64,000 nt of DNA from Acidimicrobiales bacterium (GTDB lineage: Bacteria; Actinomycetota; Acidimicrobiia; Acidimicrobiales; VFJN01). The notes beneath the pieces were generated by a model. It searched no databases, was not told the origin of the DNA, and saw nothing but the letters and a program-made list of their open reading frames with translations. Made by a program: the position numbers and the translations under genes. Each line of letters starts with the position of its first letter. Within the stretch, counting starts at the first letter, position 1. The stretch spans positions 2,353 to 66,352 of the forward strand of contig DASQUK010000214.1 in assembly GCA_035641315.1 (NCBI GenBank), read 5' to 3'. Shown in pieces: positions 19,011 to 30,800 of this stretch.

Positions 19011-19506
19011 ACCAGCCCTCAGACCACTCGCGCAGCGTCCCCTTGTCGTCCTCGTAGACGAAGCCGCGCACGTTCTTGTGGGGGATGAACGGGCTGGCCT
19101 GGATGCGGGCGATCGACTGTCGGACGTCGTCATCGACGTCGGGGAACGCCTCGAGGGCGAACGGTGGACGGATGCCGGTGTCGGCGGCGATCTGGTCCTT
19201 CACGTCGTCGTCTCGGAAGGTGAGCATGCCGCAGTCGGTGTGGTGGATCAGGATGATCTCGGTGGTGCCCAGCAGGCGCTGCGAGATCGCCAGCGAGCGG
19301 ATCACGTCGTCGGTGGCCACGCCGCCGGCGTTGCGGATCACGTGGCCGTCGCCCAGGCCCAGGCCGAGAACCGCCTGCGGGTTGAGGCGGGCGTCCATGC
19401 AGGCCACCACGGCGACGTGCGTGGCGGGTGGCATCGGCAGCGAGCCCTGGTCGAACGTCTCGGCGTAGCGCCGGGCGTTGTGCAGCAGGTCGTCGGTGAC
19501 GGTCAT
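19009..19506 (-). CDS. beta-class carbonic anhydrase
   Basis: VVACMDARL...HVIRNAGG...LIHHTDCGM (Cys-Asp-Arg / His-x-x-Cys zinc ligand pattern). ATG at 19506 preferred. Confidence 0.85.
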   Translation of the reverse strand: MTVTDDLLHNARRYAETFDQGSLPMPPATHVAVVACMDARLNPQAVLGLGLGDGHVIRNAGGVATDDVIRSLAISQRLLGTTEIILIHHTDCGMLTFRDDDVKDQIAADTGIRPPFALEAFPDVDDDVRQSIARIQASPFIPHKNVRGFVYEDDKGTLREWSEGW

Positions 19507-19576
19507 CGGCGCGTCCCTCGGTGAGTCGGTTCCACGTCCGACCGTAAGCCGGTAACCCTGACCCATCAAGTCGGGT

Positions 19577-20527
19577 TTAGGCAGGCGGCGCCGGGAGGTA
19601 GGTGCTCGGGTCAGCCGCGAACGCCCGGAGGCAGCCCGTGCCGCAGAACCAGTAGCGCTTGCCGGCGTGGTCCAGGTGCAGCGCCGCGTCGTCGGCGACC
19701 ACGGTCATGCCGCAGACCAGGTCGGTGGCCACCTCGGGCCGGCCGGCGGGCTCCGCCGTCGGGGCGGCCGTCGGAGCAGTCGCCGCGCCCGCCGCGCCGG
19801 ACGGTCTCGGGCGCAGGGCCACGATCTCGGCCAGGATCGACAGGGCCACCTCGCGCGGCGTACGGGCGCCGATGTCGAGGCCGGCGGGCGTGTGCACGGC
19901 GGCCCGCTGGGCGTCGTCGAGGTCGAGGGTGGCGACCACCGCCTCCCCCCGCTTACGGCTGGCCACCAGGCCCACGTACGGCACGCCCGCGCGCACGGCC
20001 GCCTCCAGCATCGGCTCCTCGTCCCGCCCGTGGGAGGCCACGACCACCGCGGCCGGATTGCCGGCCGATTTCCCGGCATCGCCTTCCAAAACCTCGAAGC
20101 CGACCCGTTCGGCCAGCGCCGCCAGGGCGGCGGCGATCGGCGATTCGCCGTGGATGGCGATGGTGGGCGCCGGGACGACCGGCTCGAGGAAGACCTCCAG
20201 CGTGCCGCCGGACAGGCAGGGGTTGACGACCGTGAGCGTGCCCTCCGACTCGCCGGACTCAGGGGACCCGTCAGCTGCGTCGCCCGAGGGCGAGATGCGC
20301 AGCAGCAGCGACTCGCCCGAGTCGAGGAGCGACAGGCACTGCGCCCGCACCGTCGACTCGGCGCACACGCCCCCGACGAATCCCTCGATCGTGCCATCCG
20401 GCAGCACCACCGCCTCGTCGCCCGGCTTGGCGGACGTCGGCCGCTCGGCCCGCACCACCCGGGCGTGCACGAACGGCACCCGATCCCCCCGCAGCTCGGC
20501 GGCCCGGGCCTGGACGTCGACGTTCAC
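19577..20527 (-). CDS. XdhC/CoxI-family Mo-enzyme maturation factor fused to a C-terminal YHS/TRASH metal-binding domain
   Basis: N-terminal XdhC_CoxI (PFVHARVVRAERPTSAKPGDEAVV...GFVGGVCAES), Rossmann-like XdhC_C (IAIHGESPIAAALAALAERVGFEV), C-terminal LVCGMTVVADDAALHLDHAGKRYWFCGTGCLRAFAADPSTY. Confidence 0.75.
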   Translation of the reverse strand: MNVDVQARAAELRGDRVPFVHARVVRAERPTSAKPGDEAVVLPDGTIEGFVGGVCAESTVRAQCLSLLDSGESLLLRISPSGDAADGSPESGESEGTLTVVNPCLSGGTLEVFLEPVVPAPTIAIHGESPIAAALAALAERVGFEVLEGDAGKSAGNPAAVVVASHGRDEEPMLEAAVRAGVPYVGLVASRKRGEAVVATLDLDDAQRAAVHTPAGLDIGARTPREVALSILAEIVALRPRPSGAAGAATAPTAAPTAEPAGRPEVATDLVCGMTVVADDAALHLDHAGKRYWFCGTGCLRAFAADPSTYLPAPPA

Positions 20528-20531
20528 GCCA

Positions 20532-22945
<2,414 letters not shown>

Positions 22946-22949
<4 letters not shown>

Positions 22950-23491
22950 GTGGAGGCTCCTTCCGTGACCGTGTTGCCCGGCGCCGCACTGTCGTCGGCG
23001 CCGGGCTCCACGGCCTCCCCCGATCCGGGACCTTCAGGATGATCTGCCGCCCAGCGAATCGCCCGTACCACGTTCTCGTAGCCGGTGCAGCGGCAAAACT
23101 GCCCTGAGATCGCTTCCCGTATATCGGCCTCGGTGGGTTGGGGGTCGTGGTCGAGCAACCAGCGGGCGGTCATCAGCATCCCAGGCGTGCAGAAGCCGCA
23201 CTGCAGCCCGTGGCACTGCATGAACCCGTGCTGGATGGGGTCGAGCTCGCCGTCACGCTCGAGATCCTCGACCGTGCGGATCGTCCGCCCCCCGGCCATG
23301 GCCGCGAGCACGGTGCAGCTCTTGACCGGCTCCCCGTCCATCCACAGCACGCAGGTCCCGCAGTTCGACGTGTCGCAGCCCCAGTGCGTGCCGGTCAGGC
23401 CCAGGTGGTCGCGCACGAAGTGCACGAGCAGCAGGCGGGGCTCGATGTCGCGCGTGACCTCCTCGCCGTTGACGGTCATCGTCACCTGCAT
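22946..23491 (-). CDS. coxS: CO dehydrogenase small subunit, two [2Fe-2S] clusters
   Basis: GCDTSNCGTCVLWMDG and CHGLQCGFCTPGM...CRCTGY cysteine motifs. ATGA overlap with coxL. Confidence 0.9.
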
Positions 23492-23502
23492 GGGACAGAC
23501 CC

Positions 23503-23538
23503 CCCGCTCCTGGCCTTCGGCCGGGCCGCTCGGGCCCC
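23503..23538 (+). repeat. REP-A element copy (between coxM and coxS)
   Basis: cccgctcctggccttcggccgggccgctcgggcccc; first hairpin GGCC-TTC-GGCC. Confidence 0.7.
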
Positions 23539-23549
23539 GTTCGCTGCGC

Positions 23550-24440
23550 TCACTCAGCTCCCCCTCCAGTGGATTCCCCCCGGGCCCGCTCCACCGACCG
23601 GCGCAGCGCCCGCAGCGTGAGCTCCCGCGCCAGGTGGCGCTTGTAGTCCACCGGCCCGCGCTGGTCGGCGGACGGATCGCACTCTTCGGCCGCGGCGTCG
23701 GCCGCCGCCGCCATGTTGTCCTCGGTGGCGGCCTGGCCGCGCAGCCTGTCCTCGGCCGCCGGCGCGCAGAAGTGCGGGGCGCCCAGGGCGGTCAGCCCGA
23801 TGCCGACGTCGGTCACCGTGTCGCCGTCGAGGGTGACGAAGGCGCCCGCGGCGGCGATGGGCCAGTCCCCGACTCGCCGCTCGATCTTCTCGTAGGCGCT
23901 GCCCGCGCCGGGGCGGATCGGCACCCGGATCTCCGTGAGGATCTCGGCCGGTTCCAGCACCGTCTCGTACGGGCCGCTGTGGAACTCCCTCGCCGACACG
24001 GTGCGCGCTCCCCCGGTCGAGCGGATGACCATCTCGGCCCGGAGCGCGGCCCCCACGGCCGCCAAGTCCTCGGACGGGTCGGCCTGGCAGAACGAGCCGC
24101 CGATCGTGCCCCGGTTGCGCACGATGGGGTCGGCGATCACCCGCTCGGCGTCGTGGAAGATCGCGTAGTGCTCGCCCAGCACCGGCGACGCCAACAGCTC
24201 GGCGTGGCGGGTCATGCCACCGATCACGATGGCCTCGCCCTCGAGCCGGATGTACGCCAGGTCGGTCAGGTCGTTGATGTCGACCAGCACCTCGGGTCGC
24301 GCCAGGCGCAGCTTCATCATGGGCAGGAGGCTGTGGCCGCCCGCGAGGAGGCGGGCCTCGGGTCCGTGGCGCTCGAGCAGCATCAGTGCATCGTCGACGC
24401 TGCCAGCGCGTTCGTACTCGAACGGCGCAGGCGTCTGCAT
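23550..24440 (-). CDS. coxM: CO dehydrogenase medium (FAD-binding) subunit
   Basis: FEYERAGSVDDALMLLERHGPEARLLAGGHSLLPMMKLRLARPEVLVDI; FAD_binding_5/CO_deh_flav_C layout. Confidence 0.9.
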   Translation of the reverse strand: MQTPAPFEYERAGSVDDALMLLERHGPEARLLAGGHSLLPMMKLRLARPEVLVDINDLTDLAYIRLEGEAIVIGGMTRHAELLASPVLGEHYAIFHDAERVIADPIVRNRGTIGGSFCQADPSEDLAAVGAALRAEMVIRSTGGARTVSAREFHSGPYETVLEPAEILTEIRVPIRPGAGSAYEKIERRVGDWPIAAAGAFVTLDGDTVTDVGIGLTALGAPHFCAPAAEDRLRGQAATEDNMAAAADAAAEECDPSADQRGPVDYKRHLARELTLRALRRSVERARGESTGGGAE

Positions 24441-24584
24441 CCTCCACCTCCTCGCGGCAGCCTGCGGCCCGCGCCCCCGGGCCGCCGAGCGAGTGTGGGT
24501 CCCTCCCCGGACCGTGTCCAGAGCCGCCTAACCGAACGCTTATCTCGGATGTCATGGGCGCTACGGTTCGCGCGTGACCCTGTC

Positions 24585-24668
24585 TCCTCGGGGGCTGCGC
24601 CCCCGGACCCCATCGCCACCCGGCTCCCTAGCGGTCGCTCGGTCGGCCGGTCAGGAGCTGCGCTCATG
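24585..24668 (+). repeat. repeated 5'-leader element, short copy (partner at 36011-36154)
   Basis: tcctcgggggctgcgcccccg..ccccatcg..ccggctccct.gc...ccggtcaggagctgcNctcATGACC is shared with the second locus, including the SD (AGGAG) and the first two codons. Confidence 0.8.
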
Positions 24669-25616
24669 ACCCTCACCCAGCTCGAGGCGTTCGTGCTCGT
24701 GGCCCGCCTCGGATCGGTCAAGGCCGCCGCCCGGGTGCTCGGCGTCAGCGAGCCGGCGGTGTCCGGAGCGCTGGCGGCGCTGCGGCAGCACCTGGGCGAT
24801 CCGTTGGTCGTGCGCACGCAAGGCGGCATGGACCTGACGTCCGGCGGCCAGCGCCTGGTCCCCATCGCCTCCCAGATGGTGAACCTGGCCGTCGAAGCAG
24901 AGGACGCCATCCGCCGGGCTCAGGGCGCTCCCGAGCTCTTGCGGGTGGTCGCCACCAGCACCGTGGCCGAGTACGTGGCCCGGCCGCTGCTCAACGCCTT
25001 CACCGCGCGCCACGGGCCGGTGGAGGCGACGCTAGGGGTCACGACGGCCACCGAGATGCCGGCGCTGCTGCTCGAGCGGCTGGCCGACGTGGGACTGGGG
25101 CCGCGCCTGTCCGACCTCGAGGCCGGACCGATGATGCGCTACCGCCTGGTCGTGGTGACCGGGAGGCGGCACGCGCTGGCCCGGTCCCCGCATGTCGGGC
25201 TGCCGTCGCTCGCCGGCCAGGACTGGCTGGTCGACGCCAGCGGGGCCGATCCCGCCACCGAGATAGGCATGCTGCTCGCCCGGCTGCGGGTGCCCGAATC
25301 CCGGATCCGGGTGTTCCCCAGCTTGGGGGCCGCATGGGCGGCGGCGGCGGACGGCGAGGGCGTCGCGCCGGGCGTCGCCCACCTGGTGGCGAGCGACGTC
25401 GAGCGGGGCCGGCTGGTGGTGCTGCCGGTGGAGGGCACGCCGCTCGACCTGCTGTGGCATGTCAACACCGTGGGCGCCGACCGGCGCTCGCCGATGGCCA
25501 CCAAGCTGCGGCGGTTCCTCGACACCCCGCACGCCATGCAGGCCATGCACCGGGCCGACGGCAGCATCCCCGTGTCCCGCTTCAGGCCGCCCGTCTACGT
25601 GACGCTCTGGAGCTGA
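24666..25616 (+). CDS. LysR-family transcriptional regulator (divergent from coxMSL)
   Basis: MTLTQLEAFVLVARLGSVKAAARVLGVSEPAVSGALAALRQHLGDPLV, a LysR HTH followed by a substrate-binding domain. Confidence 0.85.
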   Translation: MTLTQLEAFVLVARLGSVKAAARVLGVSEPAVSGALAALRQHLGDPLVVRTQGGMDLTSGGQRLVPIASQMVNLAVEAEDAIRRAQGAPELLRVVATSTVAEYVARPLLNAFTARHGPVEATLGVTTATEMPALLLERLADVGLGPRLSDLEAGPMMRYRLVVVTGRRHALARSPHVGLPSLAGQDWLVDASGADPATEIGMLLARLRVPESRIRVFPSLGAAWAAAADGEGVAPGVAHLVASDVERGRLVVLPVEGTPLDLLWHVNTVGADRRSPMATKLRRFLDTPHAMQAMHRADGSIPVSRFRPPVYVTLWS

Positions 25617-25623
25617 CGCATTT

Positions 25624-25652
25624 CGAGGGGGGAGGGAAACCCTCCCCCCTCG
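25624..25652 (+). terminator. perfect 13-bp G-run/C-run hairpin after the LysR gene
   Basis: cgaggggggaggg-aaa-ccctcccccctcg, 8 nt after the stop codon. No U-tract. Confidence 0.55.
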
Positions 25653-25813
25653 ACCTCCCCCCACCTCTTGGGCCGCCGCCTGTCGGCGGCGTCGACCTCC
25701 TGTCGCTCGACCGGCAAAGCACGGATCGAGCGACGGCGGGGGGCTCCGGCGGAAGCCTCCGCCCCCCACACCCCCCGCCGCGGCGTCCACCGGATGCGCT
25801 AGTACATGGAGCC

Positions 25814-27352
25814 ATGCGGGTTCCGTTGACGATCGCCGATCACCTCGAGCGCGCGGCGCTCGTCTATCCCGAGCGCGTCGGCGTGGTGGACGAGCCCGAC
25901 CAGCCGGCGGCGTCGTGGGGCTCGCTGACCTACCGGCGCGTCGCCGAGCTGGCCCGGGCCCAGGCCGCCGGGCTCGACGGCCTCGGTGTCGGCCGGGGCG
26001 AGCGGGTGGCAATCGTGTCGCACAACGCCGCCCGGCTGCTGGTGTCGTTCTTCGGCGTGAGCGCGTGGGGGCGGGTGCTAGTCCCGGTCAACTTCCGCCT
26101 CAACGCCGACGAGGTCGGCTACATCGTCGAGCACTCGGGCGCCTCGGTGCTGCTGGTCGATCCCGAGCTCGACGTGGCGCTGGCGGGCATCGACTGCAAG
26201 CACCGCTTCGTGCTCGGTGCCGAGACAGACGCCTCTGTGTGGCCAACCGACGCCGCCGACCCCGAGCCGTGGGACGAGCCCGACGAGGACGCCACCGCCA
26301 CAATCAACTACACCAGCGGCACCACCGCCCGGCCCAAGGGCGTGCAGCTCACCCACCGCAACCTGTGGGTCAACGCCGCCGTGTTCGGCTGGCAGACCGG
26401 CGTGAGCGACCGCGACGTCTACCTGCACACCCTGCCGATGTTCCACTGCAACGGCTGGGGCATGCCGTTCGCGCTGGCGGGCATGGGCGCTGGCCAGGTG
26501 GTGCTGCGCAAGGTGGACGGCGCCGAGATCCTGCGCCGCATCGAGCAACACGGCGTGACGCTGCTGTGCGGGGCGCCGGCGGTGGTCGCCGCCATCCTCG
26601 ATGCCGCCGAGCGCTGGGACGGCGAGGTGCCGGGCCGCGACCGGGTTCGCATGGTGGTGGCGGGCGCGCCGCCCCCGACCCGCACGATCGAGCGGATGGA
26701 GACCGAGCTCGGTTGGGAGTTCATCCAGATCTACGGCCTCACCGAGACGTCGCCGCTGCTCACCATGAACCGGCGTCGGGCCGAGTGGGACGACCTGTCC
26801 CCCGCCGAGCGCGCGACACGGCTCGTGCGGGCCGGTGCGCCGACGCTCGGCGTGCGCCTGCGGACCAGCGACGACGGTGAGGTGCTGGCCCGCTCGAACG
26901 TCGTGCTCGACGGCTACTGGAACCAACCCGACGCGACGGCGGACGCCCTGGCCGACGGCTGGTTCCACACCGGTGACGGCGGCGACATGGAGGACGGCTA
27001 CGTCGCCATCTCCGACCGCAAGAAGGACGTGATCATCTCGGGCGGCGAGAACGTGTCGTCGATCGAGGTCGAGGACGTGCTGCACTCCCATCCCGCCGTG
27101 GCGGAGGTGGCGGTGATCGGCGTCCCCGACGAACGCTGGGGCGAGACGGTGAAGGCTCTGGTGGTGCTGGCCGTCGGCGTGGACGCCGATGAACCGGCGC
27201 TGATCGCGCACTGCCGCGATCGCCTGGCCCACTTCAAGTGCCCGACCTCGGTGGAGATCCGCGACACGCTCCCCCGCACCGCCACCGGCAAGCTCCAGAA
27301 GTTCAAGCTGCGCGCCCCGTATTGGGAGGGCCGCCAGCGCCAGGTCAACTAG
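25814..27352 (+). CDS. AMP-dependent acyl-CoA synthetase/ligase
   Basis: INYTSGTTARPKGVQLTHRN (AMP-binding motif I), GWFHTGDGG, ISDRKKDVIISGGENV, PRTATGKLQKFKLR. Confidence 0.85.
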   Translation: MRVPLTIADHLERAALVYPERVGVVDEPDQPAASWGSLTYRRVAELARAQAAGLDGLGVGRGERVAIVSHNAARLLVSFFGVSAWGRVLVPVNFRLNADEVGYIVEHSGASVLLVDPELDVALAGIDCKHRFVLGAETDASVWPTDAADPEPWDEPDEDATATINYTSGTTARPKGVQLTHRNLWVNAAVFGWQTGVSDRDVYLHTLPMFHCNGWGMPFALAGMGAGQVVLRKVDGAEILRRIEQHGVTLLCGAPAVVAAILDAAERWDGEVPGRDRVRMVVAGAPPPTRTIERMETELGWEFIQIYGLTETSPLLTMNRRRAEWDDLSPAERATRLVRAGAPTLGVRLRTSDDGEVLARSNVVLDGYWNQPDATADALADGWFHTGDGGDMEDGYVAISDRKKDVIISGGENVSSIEVEDVLHSHPAVAEVAVIGVPDERWGETVKALVVLAVGVDADEPALIAHCRDRLAHFKCPTSVEIRDTLPRTATGKLQKFKLRAPYWEGRQRQVN

Positions 27353-27422
27353 AAGATTGCGCGGATAGGTCACGTCTGCTCGTCCTCGGCGGCTGCGCCG
27401 CCGAGAGCCAACCACCTAGGAT

Positions 27423-27460
27423 CCCGCTCTTGGCGCCTTCGGCGCCGGGCCGCTCGGGCC
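27423..27460 (+). repeat. REP-A element copy (upstream of the DUF4242 gene), plus a partial core at 27485-27497
   Basis: cccgctcttggcgccttcggcgccgggccgctcgggcc; first hairpin GGCGCC-TTC-GGCGCC. Confidence 0.8.
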
Positions 27461-27554
27461 ACGACGCGTATCCTCCGCTCCCACGGCCGCTCGGGCCGGG
27501 GCCTCGCCTATCGGCTCGGCCTCTGGGAAGGGGTTCCAGCGAAGGGAGAGCACC

Positions 27555-27830
27555 ATGCCGTTGTTCCTCGTCGAGCGGAACTTCGCGGAGGAGCTGGAGC
27601 TCGGAGCCGACGACGTCCTCGGCATCCAGGCCGTCAACGACGACGTCGGCGTGCGCTGGGTCTACTCGTTCCTCAGCGCCGACAAGCGCAAGACGTACTG
27701 CCTGTACGAGGCGCCGACCGAGGAGGCCATCCGCGAGGCGGCACGCCGCAACGGGATCCCGGCCGACGCGATCGTTGCCGTCGACGAGCTCCACCCGGAA
27801 CGAATCGTCGCCGGCGCCGATCGCACCTGA
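27555..27830 (+). CDS. DUF4242-like small protein
   Basis: MPLFLVERNF...KTYCLYEAPTEEAIREAARRNGIPADAIVAVDEL resembles the ferredoxin-like DUF4242 family from memory. GGGAGAG lies upstream of the ATG. Confidence 0.5.
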   Translation: MPLFLVERNFAEELELGADDVLGIQAVNDDVGVRWVYSFLSADKRKTYCLYEAPTEEAIREAARRNGIPADAIVAVDELHPERIVAGADRT

Positions 27831-27849
27831 CCTGTCGATCCAGCGAGTC

Positions 27850-30800
27850 CTATCCAGCGACCAGGCCACGGCGCATCGCCCACGTCGCCGCTTCGGTGCG
27901 ATTGGCACATCCCGTCTTGAGCAGGATCGAGCGCACGTGGTTGGCCGCGGTGTGCTGGCTGATGTGGAGCCGGCTGCCGATCTCACGGTTGCTGCGCCCC
28001 TCGACCAGGTGGTGCAACACCGCGACCTCGCGGGCCGTGAGGCTGACCGTCGGCCCCCCGTCACCCCTGCTGTCGTTGCCCGGCCCCGTGACCGGCGCAG
28101 TCGCCGCCCGGTCGAGGGCGTCGGTGGCGTCGGCCAGCAGACGCGCCATGCCCAGTCGGCGAGCCGTCTCGACGGCCGACTGGAGGAGCGCCCGGCCACG
28201 GTCGACATCGCCCGGACGCCCGCGGCCGGCGAGGAACCCCCCGTAGGCGACCTGGCTGTGGGCGAGCCAGACCGGCATGCCGGCCCGGCCGTCGAGCCGC
28301 AGCGCGGCCTCGAAGTGGGTTTCGGCATCGCGCGGGCGGCCGAGCAGGGCCGCCAACGAACCGAGGTGCCGGTCGACCGAACCGTACGCAGCGAGGAGGT
28401 TGCCCACCTGCACGACGAGGTTGCGGTACGGCACGAGCTCCCGGTAGACGGCATCCCCCGCATCGTGATCGGCCACGGCGACGGCGGCATCGGCCAGGTA
28501 GCTGAGCGAGGTGCAGTAGAGGGAGTCGCGGGGAACGGCGAGCAGGCCGTCGGCCACCAGGTAGCGCAGCTCACGCGCCGCGTCGTCGGTGCGTCCGAGC
28601 TCGGCGTAGAGCACGGCCAGGGCGGGCCGCCAGGTCGCGCCCTCCCGCCCCAGGCGGGCGACGGCCTCGACGAGCGGTCGGGCCTCACCGAGGCGTCCCT
28701 GCTCGCGACGGATGGTGAAGAGCTGGACGCCGTAACCACCGGCCGCGTCGTTGCCCGACAGGAACCCCGATAGGGTGTTCGCCTCCTCGGCCATCGCCTC
28801 GGCCTTGGCGAGGCGACCGTCGCCCATCGCCAGTAGCGAGTGGAGCTGCAGGTCGAGCACCCGGAACAACGGTTGGCCCGACGCCAGGGCGAGCGCCCGG
28901 TGCCGGGGCGCCAGCTCGCGCACCTCGTCGAGCTCACCGAGCGTGATCAGCCCGTACAGCAGCTTGTCGAGCGCCGCGTGCTCCCACACGTCGCCCGTGC
29001 CGCGTGCCCGCGCCTCCAGCTCCCGCGCGATCGCCACCTGGTGGTCGATGGTGGCGGGCACCCAGGGCACGAACAGCACGGCCGACATGGCCTCCCGCAG
29101 GGCGGCGAAGTCGTCGAGCTCGCGGGCGGCGGCCAGGGCGGCGTCGGTGAGGACACGGGCCTCCTCAGCCCGGCCGGACAGGGCGAGCGAGCGGCCGAGC
29201 GCGGCACGGACCCGCACCTCGATCGCCTCGTCGTCAACCAGCGGCAGCGCCTGACGGAGGAGGTGCTCGGAGGTGCCACCGTGGAGCGCGGCCCGCCAGT
29301 TGGCGTCCTCGTGGGCCAGCGCCGCGGCCACGACCTGCGCCGGCTCGCCGCACCCGACGGCGAGCGCGTGCGCTTCCAGGCAGCGAGCCTGGGCGGCGGT
29401 CACGTCGCCGGCCCGCATGTGGGCGTCGGCCAGCTCGAGCAGGAGCTCGCACCGCGCCGGTGCCGACCCGACGAGTCCGAGGACCGCCTCCAGGTGCTGG
29501 GCCGCGTCGTCGTAGGCGACGGCCCGCACGGCGGCTGCCGCTGCCCGCCGGGCGGCGGCCACGACCTCATCGGAATCGGCCAAGGGGACGGCGGCCACCA
29601 AGTGGTGCGCGACCTGGCTCACGGACCGGTCGCCGCGCACGCGCTCGAGCGCGCGGGCGACGTCGAGGTGCATGCCACGCTTCGATGCCGAGGACAGGTT
29701 GTCTACCACCGAGCGCTGGACGAGGCCGTGGGCGAAGCGATGCTCCCCGCCACCCGTCTCGGTGACGAGCCCGGCGCGCACGGCCGGATCGAGCGCTTCG
29801 AGCACAGTGCGCGGTTCGGCCTGCACAGCCTCGGACATCACGTCGGCGGTGAACTGCGTGCCGATGACCGCCGCCACCTCCAGCAGCCTCCGGGTGCCGT
29901 CGGGGAGCCGGCCGAGCCGCGCGTCGACCACCTCGCGCACCCCCTCCGGGCTGGCGACCTCGTGGAGGGGCCGGGCGATCCGCCAGCGACCGGCGCGGCG
30001 GGCCAGGTGGCCCGTGTCGACGAGCTGGCGCCACAGCTCACCGAGCAGGAAGGCGTTGCCGCCCGTCTGGGCGTCGAGCACGTCGACGACGGCGTCGAGC
30101 GTCGGGTCGGTCTCCTGGCCGGCGGCGCCGGCCACGAAGCGTCGGATCCCGTCGCGGTCGAACCCGGCCAGGGCGACCCGGCTGACACCGGGGTGCCGGC
30201 GGAGGTCGGGTAGCGCCTCCCGCAGGGCGTCGCCCACCTCCGCCGACGTCGACCGGTAGGAGCCGACGATGGCCACGCCGTTGGCCGGGCTGGCTCGGAT
30301 CAGGTGGTCGAGGAGCTGGATCGTCGGGCGGCCGGCCCACTGCAGGTCGTCGAGCACCAGCAGCAACGGCCGCTGGGCTGCGACCTGGTCGATCAGCGAG
30401 GTGACGGCACCGAACAGGCGGTACCGCTCGGTGGCCGAGTCGCTGGCATCGCCGCGAGCGGGCGCATCGACGATCGCCGCCAGCGACGGGGCGAGCCGCG
30501 CCAGCTCGACGGCGTGAACCTCCGCCAGGCGAGCCAGCTGATCGGCGCCGAAACCCCGCACCAGGTGCTCCAGCGCCTCGGCGAACGGCTGGTAGGGCGC
30601 GGCCGGGGCGTCGGAGCACCCGCCGTACAGCACCACGGCGCCCCCGTCATGGACCGACCGCGCGAACTCGCTGAGCAGCCGCGTCTTGCCCGTGCCGGCC
30701 TCACCACCGACGAGCACGACCTGACGGGCGCCGCTGCCCGCGGCCACCCAGGCGCGCTGAAGCACCGACCACGCCTCGTCGCGCGGCACGAAGGGGAATG

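Noticed and set aside
25624-25652. G-run/C-run hairpin considered as a G-quadruplex or riboswitch element
   Set aside because: A perfect 13-bp complementary stem 8 nt after a stop codon is most simply a factor-independent or I-shaped terminator. There are no flanking conserved riboswitch features.
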